DNA from: Selaginella moellendorffii
Lineage: Eukaryota > Plantae > Lycopodiophyta
Reading direction: 5' to 3'
Assembly: GCF_000143415.4 (NCBI RefSeq)
Contig: NW_003314287.1
Span: 1,257,374-1,321,373 of the forward strand
Length of the DNA: 64,000 nucleotides
Shown here: in pieces, positions 49,153 to 62,449 of the stretch
How the letters are laid out: each line of letters begins with the position of its first letter
Position numbering within the stretch: the stretch's first letter is position 1
Translations under genes and position numbers: made by a program
The notes under the pieces: model-generated
The model's database searches: none
Seen by the model: only the letters and a program-made list of their open reading frames with translations
What the model was told of the DNA's origin: nothing

Positions 49153-51120
49153 TAATAAAGTGGTAAATGTTTTATCATGTATATTTTCCCAGGCAGAGCA
49201 AAAGAAGGAACTTAGACGAAATAGAGTTACGCTTAAATTTAGGCATCCAAAGAAGAAAGACTAAACCTAAGCAAAAAATAGTTAGAAATGGTTATAAAAT
49301 AATGTAGTATATAAGTAACACTTAAACGTACTGAAAAACAACTCCCACTCACTATTGTATACATATGCATTGAATTAACTATCTTTGGGGTTTGATACTG
49401 AGTTATATTCTATTCTTTTTTATTTTCTTCTCTTCTTCTTCTATGTTTTTGTCTTTGTTTGTTTGTCACTGTTTTGCAGGCAGGAGTGAGAACGTGAGTA
49501 CAAGTAGAAAAAGCCTTACCTACTTTTGGCAACTATGGTAGGATAAACTGTCATTCTTTGGTTTAAAAAATAATTGGGAGAAAATTGTTTATGAATTCCA
49601 AATATGCACAACACTAAGAATAATAAATAGATCTTTTCAGTGATTGTAAAGGCCCTAAGCCTAAACAACACTAAACAAAGGAACTCTTCTTGCAATTAAA
49701 ATGGTTTAATGCCCAAACAACGTAGGAAAGATAGTTTCTCAACTGTCACTAAAGCCATAGAGTATGGGATGAGTTTGAAATTGAAGTTCGGCATACATTG
49801 CCAAAAAACTCAAATTTAAATTGTTTTGTTAATAATTTCTTGAAAAAAATCTAAAAGAATAAGGAATAGAGTTTGTTTGATGTGGAAAACATAATCAACT
49901 ACTCTAGAATTCTTTCTTTCTGAGCAAGTTTTTATTTGGATTTTTAAAGGATACATTTTTTAGCAACATGTCACAATTTTTCTAGGCATATAGAAGTAGA
50001 AAAATTGAGCACCTGTAACTCTTGTCTTCGACTCCAACTTGAGGAAGAGTTTGGGCCTAAAGCTATACCACCATAGTAAAATATTGAGATTGAGATTAAA
50101 TTTATAAATTAAATAAGGAGAAAAGAAAGAAGTAGGGTAGCTAAACCAACTAAATCTAAACAATTAAGTTTTGAGAATGATAAAATTTTGAAACTACCTT
50201 CGATTGCACAAATTTCAATGTTGAAGCTTTAAAATCACCCAACTTCAAAGGTTTACAAGACTATTAGGTTCTAGAAGATTGAGTTTATGATATGGAAAAT
50301 TATTATAACAGATATTGATGATCATATAAAAGTTGCATATACATAATTTTTTCTCATCAATCATGCTAAGACTTACTGGTGTTAGGTGTGATATAAAAGC
50401 TATACACACCGTAATAACTAAATATTTAGCTAAGTTGTTAGGATTGAGAGTTAAGAAAATATACCTACATATTTTTAGTTTATTGAAAATAGACAAGTTG
50501 CAAAGAAATTTGTAAATAATGTACCAATAAAAATAATCAAATAGAAAGACTTAGTAATGTTGAAGATACTAAATTTTTAGATGATGTTTGGTATCTTCAA
50601 GAAATATATCCAGGGATACATAATGTTAGATAGAGTTGCATTATATTAAAGTCAAATTTCTAATTGCAAAAGTGCTTCTTGAAGGATTGAGATACTAGAT
50701 TTCTATCTATAAGAGTATCTCAAAGAACATCTAAGAATAAATGTTGAACCTTTTGGGTTTAAGTGATGGAAGAGAAAGTGATAGTGATTAAGTTAAAATA
50801 GGTAATAGTGTTGATTTAGTATCAAGGGAAATCATTGAATTATTAAGGAATTATATTATCTTCTCAACAAATTACTATTAAAGTAAACTTAATGTAAAAT
50901 TTACCATCATACCTCACCTCTTAATTGTGAGGTTGATCATCAAATTGAGATTTCTTTGGGTTCTAAGCCGCCAATAAAGGTTCTATATCATTTGAACATC
51001 AAGAAAAAATTTGAACTTAAGAACCAACTCATAAAAATTCTTGACAAATATCATAGTAAGTCACCTTATAGGGATGGTACTATAAGGATATATATTGATT
51101 ACAAGCTCTTAGACTAAAAG
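49153..51120 (+). mobile_element. Old Ty3/gypsy element (family B): 5' LTR ~49153-49553 and decayed gag-pol up to the RT start
   Basis: LTR is homologous (inverted) to 38069-38550; 50920-51110 translates to VDHQIEISLGSKPPIK..YHL....ELKNQL..IL...SKSPY..DGTIR.YIDY (gypsy RT N-terminus). Confidence 0.7.
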
Positions 51121-51259
51121 TATAGTGAAAGTTGTACTAAACTTCATTTGACAATGTAGGAATCAAATATGAGGAGCTAGTGCTTATAAAGGATTTGAGA
51201 GTGTACCAAACTCTCATTCCATAGTGCAATAGGTTTAAAATTTAGGCTTTAAATTCAAG

Positions 51260-51470
51260 TGTATAATTTACAATAGTTATTAGTGTGGGCTTTGGTGGTT
51301 TGAAGGAGTTTATATTTTTAGGAAGACCTAATATATTTAGTTTCATCATTTTTTACTCTACATGCTTTAAGAGACACTTGCAAAAAGGAGACCACTCTAG
51401 AAGATAAGAGCTTAATAAGTATGATTGCTTATTTAAATAATGGAGAGGTCTATTTGAATAGCTCTTTTTC
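51260..51470 (+). pseudogene. Decayed aspartyl aminopeptidase fragment
   Basis: GGAGTTTAT.TTTT.AGGAAG.C...CTCTAC.TGCTTTAAGAGACACTTGCAAA...GACCA.TCT.GAAGA matches ~30160-30310. Confidence 0.75.
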
Positions 51471-51493
51471 TTGAAAAAACTTTATAAGCCTCT

Positions 51494-52180
51494 TGTAGTG
51501 CACATGGTTTTCACCCATTATCCTATGGTAATTTACTATAGGATAACTATGGAGCAAAATATAACACTTAAACATGTGTGTAAAGGGCAATAGAGTGAAA
51601 TTAAGTTTTAAAGCCTTAGATTATTAAATTAAGGGAAAGAGCTAAACATTTGAGTTTATAACCAAGGAGTGAATGAATTTGAGCATAAAGTAACTTTCAA
51701 GCATATAGCCAAAAACGAAGAAGTAAGAGCATGAAATGATATTAAAACAATCCTAGAGTATCTAGCATCCCAATGCTAAGACCAAAATGCAAAATGGAGC
51801 CAAATGAAATTTGACATTATTTCAGTATACCAATGGCTTAACATAAGAATATAGATACTTCATTAGGTAGTATGGCATAAATTTTAGGGTTAAATCTAAA
51901 CCAAATGTAAAAAAAGACAAATATGTTGAATTTAAACTTCTAGGAGGTCATCCAATCCAATATTATTTAAATTAAGGACACTTAACCCAAATATCCCAAA
52001 ACCCTTAACTAATTAAAAAAAAAGCACTTTTATTCATAAGCTCTTTCCTTTTATATTTAAACCCTTATGGACCATTATTCCCTTATACATAACATATGGT
52101 TACTTACACATACAGTTAAACTATATTTTAAATTGGACCTTCCCACTATCCCTACTATATATTTGGAACCCCATAGATGC
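51494..52180 (-). mobile_element. Degenerate inverted copy of the family-A LTR 3' part found in the tandem array
   Basis: TGTAGTGCACATGGTTTT.ACCC.TTATCCTATGG... is the reverse complement of the array LTR end; CCCACTATCCCTACTATA matches the array TATA-like segment. Confidence 0.75.
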
Positions 52181-53194
52181 CTTTATATGAAAGCATGCTT
52201 TTGGCTTTCATCCTAGTCTTAAGAATTAGTCTTTAGAGTAATCATAAAAATTTACTTAATATAAAATGGTGTTAGATTGTGAATTTGGACATAAGAATAA
52301 CACTATCATGTTCAAAACAATATCTATATTCTATAGATATGCTTAACTAGTAATTTAGACACTTTTCCATAAATAGCTTATAGGAATTAACACATGTAGC
52401 ATGATTGTAAGAGTGTATTGGTGGACATGGTAAGCTATTATATAATGAATATTAACTCAACATTAGTAAGTGCAAGTAGTCTTTTATCCTGGACCAAGTA
52501 TGCTCAACAAGAAACATATACAAATGCTTACTTTATACTTATTTAGCATAAATATATATATGATAATCAATTTCTCAACTAATTTGGGTGGAAACTAATA
52601 AAGGGAACAGATAGTACCAATCCAAAAAGGCTCATTAATAGATAAATTTTGATATCTACAATCATATTTAAAATACCTCTACTCAAAAGAACCAAATCAA
52701 TAGAAACACATTGGAATATAATTGTCTTGTAAAAGTGACCACAAGGGGATTGTAGAATGAATAATTCAAAAGCCTTTCCTGGCTGGCAAGAAAGGTAATT
52801 AGAGCTATGCATAAATCTGATCCTCCTCTAAGGAAACAAAATAAGAACAGCAAAATAATATCATCATTTCTCACTGTTGGCTATGTCAAGAAAGTGGGAA
52901 GGAAACTCTCACCAGTGGGAGAATATCTTTGGGATCTTTTAGAAATGGCTGCACTAGAATCACTCTCTAATGTACATTCTTAATGTGCAAAAACCCATGG
53001 AATCGTTTGCCTTTCACACATGCAAAGCCACTATGGAGGAAAAATATTTACACAGAATTACATTAGAGATGGCTTCATTTTATTGGCTCCACCTCTACTT
53101 TTAATGTTACCTTCCCCACTGACTATGACTGGAGAATCAGTTTTATGCTCAGCTAAGCAAACTTAGAGTTAGGCTATGAGATGACGAGTAGATA

Positions 53195-53720
53195 TTCTTC
53201 TATAATCGTTTCTTTCTGCCAGTCTCTGCTGATATGGCCCAACTACTCCCAAAAGAACGAAGAAAACCATCAGCAAGGCTTGGTGATCAAACACAACGCA
53301 AACTAACAATACGCTACAAACTCCGTCACTGCATTTCTCTTCAAAGAAGTTGCTCGACTTGCAAATATACAAACTCAGGTAACCTTGAGCTTCGTAGAGC
53401 CATTTTTTTCAGTCATTGTTTTGCTACTGCGCAATGTCATGGGGTGTGGCTTAACAGTTAGTCCCATACTAGCGTCAGGACGGTAGATTGTGGACTGCCT
53501 CAGCTTTCAATGCACAAATATGGTATGTACCACTCATTTTCGCTTCTCATCGTTGGCTTTTACTAGCATTCGCAAAATGTGTGGAACACAAGATATCGAC
53601 ACCAATGGTCTATAAAATGCCCATTAATCAACAGCTTTCCACGGATACAGAGTCCCCGGGTGTACAAAATTTCGGCCATAGTAGCAGTGACGAAAAGAAT
53701 GATAGCAGCAAATTCACAGC
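53195..53720 (+). pseudogene. Aspartyl aminopeptidase 3' duplicate (pseudogene), including its 3' UTR
   Basis: Colinear with ~30510-31145 (GTCTCTGCTGATATGGCC...ACGCTACAAACTCCGTCACTGC...GAACACAAGATATCGACAC...GATAGCAGCAAATTCACAGCC) with deletions. Confidence 0.88.
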
Positions 53721-53724
53721 CATT

Positions 53725-56700
53725 TTACGTGAAGATGGTGATCACGTCTCTCCTGTAGCCACGGACCATTAGCAGCCTGGGAATGCCATCGACGAGGAGG
53801 TCCATGTACTCCATGTAGCAATATGAGGGATGCTTGGGAGGTGGCGGTGGCAAGCTGACCAGCACCACGGCCGCCATTCTCGAGTATCTCATGATGATTG
53901 AGTTGAGCTTGAGGCTGGTGTAGAGGAACTTGTTAACTTGCTGCTCGTTGTAAGAGTGCTGGACCTCGTCCTCGATCGACGCAGCTTTCTTCTTGAGCTC
54001 GGCAGACCTGTGAGCAATCCTCTTCCTGGCCTTGGAGAAGGCCTCCATTGCGTCCTCCCGTCCAGTATCCACGCCACGGTCCTCCTGGTGAGCCTCCCAC
54101 GACTTCATCGTCACCACAATCACCTCGGCTTGCATGCGCAGGTCATACAAGAACTTCTTCACGTCGGCCTTGAGCTCCTCCGCCTCGGTGTCCTCCTCCG
54201 AGATGCAAAAGACTTGAATCTTACAGCTCTCGAAGCTGTCCTTTGCTCGGAGGAGCTGGGAGAGGAGCAGCATGAGGCCACCGTCGCGGACGATCCAGTA
54301 GAGGTCGATGGTTCCATACTGCTTCTGGTATTCGCCCGGCCACTCGTCCAGCCCCTTGACGATCACCACGGCCTTGTTTGCGATGGAGCAGTCGTTGATA
54401 ATGCTTACGAAAACATCGGAGACGCGGCCATGTTGTTCGTCCCTCCAGATCTCAGGATATCTCATGCAGACGATGTTTGGCTTGAGGTTGCCAAGTCCCA
54501 TAGTCTGTACAATACCCCGGAACCCCTCGCAGACATCCTTCGCAATGATCACCTCGGCCACCCCTTCGCAGTTTTTGTAGTCGATGTAAGTTCCAAGTAA
54601 TCGACACGCCTGACGTGCCTCGTCTACCTTATCTATATACTCTCCCTCCGAAATGGAAACGAATATGGACATACCGCGGCCCTTCTTCTTCATGCAGTTG
54701 GCAAAGTCGGCGAGTTTGGGATGGCATGGAACGTCTTGTGGCAAAATCCCCCAAGGCTTGCAAAATATAAGTGGAATGGGATACCAGTTTTTCGGGTGGA
54801 CGTTGTTTGCTGCAGAAGTAACAATAATTTAAAGAGTTTGAAGATAGGAAAAAGCTTACCTCCTAAGGAACGAAGACTTCTTAAAGCAAGCTGAAAGTAA
54901 GCACTTTTAAAACCATCACCCCAGTCTCCTGCTTTGCCTTTCAAGCTAACGTAATAATATATGAGACTTGCCAACGCGAGTGATACAGTTGTGAAAATCC
55001 AGGATATTAAAAACATTATAACTGTAATCCAGATAAACACTGTTACAGGTAACTTCAGTAATTGGTAAAAGTATGTACCTATGCACAATAGAGCACCCAG
55101 GAGCGAAAAGCTCCAGTGATGAAATTTCCACCGAGGACGCCAGCTTGGAGCATCAAGTAAGTCGAGCAAAAGACAGGAAAGATTAACTCCCGCATAGCAC
55201 AAGAGAAAGAACATGGTAATAACGGGAGAGATGAGGTCGAGATCACCAATGATGACGCAGCTTGAACATATGAACATGGTGAAAAGAGTTGCCAAATGAG
55301 GCTCGACCCCGTCTGGTGCCTTGAAATATTTCAAAACTGGGAGTATGTCGTCATTTGCAATAGCAGCTAGCAGCCTTGGCGCACCGGTTAAACTTTGAAG
55401 AGCTGCGCCAAGTGTCGAAAGGATAATGCCAACTTGAACGACTGCGGGAACAGGCCAAGCTAATGTCGCGGTCAGCAATCTAGATAACCAAAAAAAAAAA
55501 AAAGAATTTGTTACAAACATACAAATAGAGTTTTCTCAATGCATACCGATTTGTTAAGAGTTCTTCACGGTTTGCCACAGAGCCAAACATGATAGCTGAA
55601 ATTAAATAAAGACATGTCGTGGAGGCAATGGCTAGCAAAGTTCCCACCGGTATAGAACGCTGTGTATCTCTCAGAGATGCAGAGCGATTGGAGCCAGCCA
55701 TAATACCAGTAACTGCCGGGAAGAAAAGCCCCAGCAGGTCCCTGAAAAACAAAGAAGTCACGCAAAAGATAACGGCGTCCGACAAACAGAAATTAAAAGC
55801 ATGCGATATAGAATTTGACGAAATAGAAAGAAAACGATTCATGCATTCCCTAGCAAACCAGATGAAAAACGCAACGACACATACTCAAAATTCCAGTATA
55901 TGATACCATCTGGCGCAGGAATTCCAGCTCTGTTGGTACGCTGGTACTCGGGACCCCAGTTAGCATGGAGTGTTCTCCATCTGAGGCCCGTCACTCCCGC
56001 TGGACATCACAGATATTAGAACGGCTCAATAAACATTTGATTGCTTACATGGATCACCACGTCGAGGAGCAGCAAAGATACCAATAAAGATGAGGAAAAC
56101 GGATAATAAAACTGGAATAAGAAAAGCCGGGGCCACTCTGTTGATGATCTTCACACCTCCAAAGACGATAAGACATAAGATAATTGTCACAATTACTCCA
56201 TACACTTGAAGGTCATGCAAACTGGGACTTTTTAATATCTCAGGACTCGAGCCTGCTGGAGCTGGTGCTAGTTGTGTCACGCTTTCTGCACATGAAAAAT
56301 CAAGCAAATTAAAAACACGCAAAAGAATAGAAAGGGAACTCTTGAGATTTACTAGCCTTGAAATATGCCGGCCCCAGGAAGAGCATCCAGAAAAGTTTCT
56401 ACTGCACCTAAAATATACCTAAGAAGTGTCCAGTTATGATCGAACAATCAAGGACAGGGGAACACTTACAGTGATCCAGCAACCGCATTTCCAAGGAAAA
56501 AGCAAAGCCCAATACTAATACCGACTTCCGGACCAAGAGCTCGACCAATCAGATAATACGGTCCGCCACCCTATAAACCAGTGCTTAACCAAAAGAAAAA
56601 CTGTCGCAACGCAAAATTTTGAACCTTCATCGCGCCATTGGTGGCTATGGCGCTCAGCGAGATCCCAGTCAAGAATGTGCATAAGCAGCACAAAGAGACG

Positions 56701-57410
56701 AGCACCAAACTCTGTCCAATTCCAGCAAGGCCTACAATCCTGGATATCGTCACCGAATAGCATCACCAAATCTTAATACAACTCGGAGAAAACTTACCAC
56801 GAAAAACGGATGTAGAAAATAATTCCTAGAATGTTTTGAAGACATGGTACAAAGACTCCCATGAGTGTTCCAAGCTTTGCACCGCGAGGCTGAAAATTAA
56901 TTTTTTTCAAGACAAGAACATGAGCGAACAGTGGATTTTCGACGTACCCGAGGACGGCCAAGCGTGATAGCAATCTCTTCTCCAGCCCTGGGACTAAAAG
57001 CTTGTGGTGGCTGCTGGCCTCCCATACTGAGGTAAGACACTTGAGTTCTATAGGACATAGAAAAATTAGAAGCCTTGCACATACCTTTTGAGCCCGACCA
57101 CATCGACGAGCGAATCAATCTCGAAAAGCTCCAGCTTTGTTTCTCTCTCGGTTTGATCAAAAATCTCGTCAGTCGGAGACACCGGCCCATCATCTTGATC
57201 AAAGCGAGCATTTTGACTGGATCTGCCAGTATTGACCGACCTGGCGGATGCGGATTGCGTGAATTCCAGAAAGTTTGCGCACAAGACTTACTTAATCCCC
57301 GCTGGTACTTCCAGATCCACGACATCGAGCTCGCCATTCGCTCGCGGCGATTCCCGCCGCCCGGCCGCATTGGCGTCGTCGGCGTCGCCGCCGCCCTTCT
57401 CCACTCCCAT
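53725..57410 (-). CDS. CCC1: Cation-chloride cotransporter (SLC12 family), multi-exon
   Basis: [123 protein letters not shown]; ATG at 57410. Confidence 0.96.
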
Positions 57411-57935
57411 CGCTCTGATCTAAACCCTCATTCGATCCCGGCCTGGAATGCGCCAATTTGGATCGAGATTACGCGTGAGCAGCTACCTGGATCGCCAGTG
57501 ACAGCAGCTGCGCCGCAAGATCCGACCGCAACAGGGACGCGACCGCGACACGGCAAGGTGCTCGTTCCTAGGGTTTAACAAACATCCCAGAGAAACATCC
57601 TAGGGCACGAACGGCACTGTACGGCCGGATTGAATTTCAAAACCCGCGCGCCTAAAATGTTCTAAGGGCAGAGATCGCAAATGATTCTATTGCGAGGCCG
57701 AATTGGAGGCGTTAATCGCGTCATTCAAGCACGGCCTCTTGATCGTCGGAGATGAAGAAGTATAGCTTTTGGACACAATCGGGAAGAAATCGCGCTAGGG
57801 CAAGAGTCGAGGAGCGATCATCCAGATGATCACAAGCACGAACGGCGCTGTACGGCGTGACCCTTTCTCTTTGCAGAAACGCGCGCGCCTTTAAAACCAT
57901 AAACGTGTGGGCATTGCTCTTCGCTAGGCTAAGAT

Positions 57936-59283
57936 ATGCGGTCTTCGCAGGGTAAAAGAGTGGCTCCTTTCATCTTGCTCGCCGCGATTTGCCTGGTTTT
58001 CCATGGAGTGGATCGCCCATCGTCCCGGTTGCGATCAACGAGACTGGCCTTCTTCGTCCACAATCAGCAAAGGAATCCTCGCGCACACAAGCTTGCGGTA
58101 TGCGCTGTTTCAGAAAAAAAAACATTGGTGGAATTCTCGTGTTCTTTCAGGATCCCCGGGTCGCAATTTGTCTTGTAGGCGGAGCCAGAGCCTTCGAGAT
58201 CACTGGACCAAGCATAGTGGACCAAATCCTCCACGTCTACGGAAACAATTCGGATGTGTTCCTCCACGCGCCGCTGGACGAGAACACTTACAAGCTCTTC
58301 CTGCTGGGCAGGGGCGCTAGATCGAACAGAAATTCTTCGTCCTCGCGGTTGGCAGCAGCGCGGATCTTCGATCAAACACCCATACCCGAGCTTGATTTTC
58401 GCAAGCAAGTCCTCACATCCGATGGGATTCAAGTAAGCTCTCTTTGCATCGATCTAGGTACTCTGTTTTTAGCTTTGGCCACCTTCTTTCCAAACTTGAC
58501 ATCTCGCAGGGATTACTGCAATATTTCAATCTCGTCGAGGGCTGCTGGGATCTCATCACGAAACACGAACGTCGTCATGGTTTCCAGTACGATTGGATCG
58601 TAAGAACAAGGCTAGATGGCTACTGGAGTGCCCCTATGCCGCCCATCTCCACCTTCGATGGCGCCCACTACACTATCCCATACGGCTCCCAATTCGGCGG
58701 CCTCAACGACAGGTTAGGCATCGGCACTCGCAACTCCAGCCGCATCGCTCTCCACCGCCTCCAATGCCTCGATCGCCTCCACGCAAACGGATTCCAGCGC
58801 CTAAATTCCGAGAGAGCATTCAAGGCGCAGCTCCAAATCACGCACACCAGCGTCCAGCTCAAGAAATTCCCCTTTTGCGTGGTGAGCGCGAAGAAGTACG
58901 ATTGGCCGCCCAGGGAATGGGGCGTGCCTGTGATGACCATGGCGAGCAAAGGACCTCTAAATGGAGCGAAGTGTCGTCCATGCCGGGCGAAGATCAGAGG
59001 AGAGGAAGCTCACGCCATCGCCGAGGCACTAAACAGGGGGTGGAGCTGGAGTGGACCTAACGAAGGGGTGGAGCTTTGCGATGCCACGGGGGACTGGGAT
59101 GCTGACTGGGAGGCTGTCTATGACAACGTGGTTGGTCAGTGCAGTCAATTGGAGAGGTTGCGGGTGTCTCGCCTGGGGACGCTAGACGAGTGTGTGGAGA
59201 GATTGACCGAGTTTGAGAGAATGTGGGGTGAATGGGATGCTCCTTCTCCTGTTAGTATTTGCGAAAGGAAGTTTATAATTTGA
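57936..59283 (+). CDS. Conserved plant protein of unknown function with N-terminal membrane anchor (DUF7796-like; possibly glycosyltransferase-like), 3 exons
   Basis: RVAICLVGGARAFE.TGPSI, FLHAPLD, GIQGLLQYFNLVEGC, YDWIVRTRLDGYW, PYGSQFGGLNDRLGIG, SKGPLNGAKCRPC; GT-AG introns at ~58098-58150 and ~58432-58509. Domain name is from recall. Confidence 0.8.
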
Positions 59284-59376
59284 TTAGAATGATATCTTAT
59301 TTACAAACTTCTTTTTCTGGTGGAAGTGACTAAGATTAAAAAAAAAAAAGTATGATTAATGCTTTATTTCATAACT

Positions 59377-59574
59377 TTAGGATTTCGTTACAAGTAACAA
59401 AAACAAGCAAATGGCATCATCACAATTGCATATAAGACATGGAACAAGACAATAATATGGAGGGCATGTAGCCACTGTTATTAAAGGATGTAAAACTCCA
59501 TCCTTACAAAGCTTGCTTGCTAGAAAAATATTCAAGTTTCCATCTCTAGAATTTGTAACAAGAGTAAAAATCAT
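59377..59574 (-). pseudogene. Cys-rich peptide family pseudogene 3
   Basis: MIFTLVTNSRDGNLNIFLASKLCKDGVLHPLITVATCPPYYCLVPCLICNCDDAIC then a frameshift; original start and first Cys lost. Confidence 0.75.
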
Positions 59575-60214
59575 CAGAAAAAAACATTAAAATATATAGT
59601 TTTTAAATGGCTCTGTGATCCCACTATGCTAATATTAGTATATGGCATCTTAGCTGTACACAGCTCTAATTATTTTGTAAAATGTTTATTAAAATAGTAA
59701 ATTAAACTTATAATTTTTTTCATATATCATATGTAAATTTTTACAACAAAAAATACTGCTGAGAATTTGGAAAAAGGCCCTTTCCAACAGCATACAAATA
59801 TAGAACAAAGTATTTAGAGGATTTTGAAAAAAATGTTTTTATTCCATCAACTTATTAGTTCTACCTTAAATTTTTTGACTAAATGTGCAAGAGATTTATT
59901 ATACAAGGGTGTTCTCTTACACTCATATTACCATGTACTAAGTATGGAAAAAAAACATTTATTTATTTGATATAAAATGAATTATGATTTGTCTCTATTT
60001 TTTTGGTAAAGGACAAAAAAGATTAACATTGCTAAATACAAAGGCTTTTGATGCTTTTAAAGAAATAGCTATTTTATATAAGAAAAGGACATAAAAAAAT
60101 CAAGATAAAGTCTATAGACAATTGTATTTACCAATGCTAGCCTTTTGTTTCTTTCCACTATATTACTATATAAAAGCTTGTTTGTTTGAAATTAATTCAT
60201 TCAAGTCTTAAGAA

Positions 60215-60436
60215 ATGGTGTTTTCTACTCACATTATCTGTTTTTTCTTGATGATTTTTACTGTTGTTGCAAGTTCTAGAGATGCAACCCCAAATATTAT
60301 TCCAGCACACAAGCTCCTTGAGGGTGAAGTTTTATATCCTTCAAGAGTGCGTTGCCACTGCTTTTCATATTATTGTCCTGATCCATATAGTGTTTGCAAT
60401 TGTGATGGGATTTGTGCTTGCTTTTGTGAATTTTAA
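60215..60436 (+). CDS. Small secreted 8-Cys peptide precursor (73 aa), diverged intact paralog
   Basis: MVFSTHIICFFLMIFTVVASSRDA...YPSRVRCHCFSYYCPDPYSVCNCDGICACFCEF; TATAAAA at ~60168, same 5' leader as array copies, downstream AATAAA. Confidence 0.85.
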   Translation: MVFSTHIICFFLMIFTVVASSRDATPNIIPAHKLLEGEVLYPSRVRCHCFSYYCPDPYSVCNCDGICACFCEF

Positions 60437-62449
60437 CAAATATTTAAAGAAATAAAGGATTAATCACAAAATAATACTAATTTTTCATTTACAAAATCTT
60501 TCATTCCTGCATGATTTGTCAATGCATACTAGGGCATCCTGTTCACCCTACATTCTCTCAAACTTTGCCAATCCAGACACTTACAACCTTTCGAGTTGAC
60601 TAGCCATGTCCCATGCTGACTGCCTCCTACTCCCCATCTCCAGCCCAAAGCTTGTATCCTCTAATCTTTGCTGGGCATGGATTCTCTACTCAAGTTGAAG
60701 ATAAACCCTTGTGAATGCAACTTGTGTCCTCAACCAAGAGGGACTGGTGCATTAAATGTTGGATCTTAGCAGTTTAGAGAGTAGCAAAAAGGTGCTCAAT
60801 TAGGCAAAGGCTTGATGCTGTTGGAGCCAAAAATTTGGTAAGCCTTGAGTTTGAGGCTAAGGGTTATAGCATATGAGACATACCATTCACAGTTTCCAGG
60901 ATATAAAATTAAATTGTCTTCAACTTCACTAAACTACTATGTATCCAACTCCACAACTGAAATAAGGTCCTCTATTCGTTTTTCCTTCTCCTAGGGTGTC
61001 ATCTCTTTCCATTGTGATTGTACAATAGTGAAATAGTGTGTTTTCTCATATTAAAGTATAAGTAACAAACATAGATACATTTGCAAAACTGGTATAATAA
61101 TGGGGTCTTTCAGTGTTTTTTTGGCACCCAATTGGAGACATATAACTAATGGTAATTACAATAGTAATTTGTCATTGCAATTGTTTCCCCTTGGAGAAAT
61201 TTCCTGCCAAAATCATTTATTTCTTCAAATGTATATATAGTGGTAAGTTTGTTGTAAAAAAGCAATTTTGATTATTTTACAGTAAATAACTTTATGAAAT
61301 GGACTTATGAAGTTGCTGTTCTCTCCATATAATCAACTTTAAGATTTTTGTGTATTTAGGGTTCTTTGATTCTCCTAAAAAATGTATGTATCAAGTTTTT
61401 GCAATAGTACATTTGATCTTCATTGCACTCAGAGCATGTGCTCTATTTGAAGAGCTACTAGAGGATCCACAGTGTTATCACCAACAACAGTGTGAATGCC
61501 TTTGCAAAATGCTAGGGTATAGTGAAGAGTTACATGGCATTCAATTAAATGCTATAACATGGCACCATGTCTAGGAATTCTTGGGGATGATCCAAAATTG
61601 AGTTAAACTCATGAATTGAGCTCAACTCAACTCAAGTCAATGCTACTTAATGTAATCAACTATAAGTTTACAAAGAAATTTTATTGAATTTGAAATTTAT
61701 AAATTTAATTGTTAATGGTTAGAAATTTATATTATTTTGAAACTATTAATGAAGAGAACTTCTAATTTTTAATACGAGCTATACAATAGAATATTGATTA
61801 AGTAGTTTCTAGAATTAGAATTTTATCCAAACCTATATAATTGTTAGTTTCTATATTCACAATTTTCTAGTTAAAAGAAGCCTTTTTTGTCCCAAATAAA
61901 AATAGAAATATTAAAGTTTGCCATGAACTTGAAAATTTCTATCTTAACATCTTGATATGTTGACATTTTGACATTTTGACATTTCAACAATTGACCACCA
62001 CACATCAAGCGAAAAATATATAGATAATTCAAAATATTTCATCATTCATTCTCTAGTGTTTTCCAAAGATGGGAAGCAAAGAAAACCAAAAATCTGCAAG
62101 TAATTCTAGCATAAAGAAATGTGAAAATATTGCTTCACTACCATGATTTTCATATTACACTCTTAGTCCTTATTACCCATCCAAGAATATAAAGTCTATT
62201 ATCACTATTAATAAAAATACTCATATTACTTCTGAAACAATAATCTAGAGTCAAATATTATACAGAAAAGTAAGTTGTTTGTTTATTTTCTATTCTCCTT
62301 GTATGAGCATAATATATTATTATAGTGAATCTCTATAAAGAGTATAAATGTATAATATATTCATCTTGTATCATATGATGTGGATGACTGTTGCAATTGT
62401 CAAGTTACAACGTAGCCTCTGAAAAGGGCAATGCTTAAAACCATTTTAA

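Larger units (their letters stand above)
44420..49172 (+). repeat. Tandem array of 1213-bp units (about 4 visible): LTR 3' half + Cys-rich peptide gene
   Basis: Identical ORFs recur at 45125/46338/47551/48764 (period 1213); a few SNPs distinguish the units. Confidence 0.95.
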
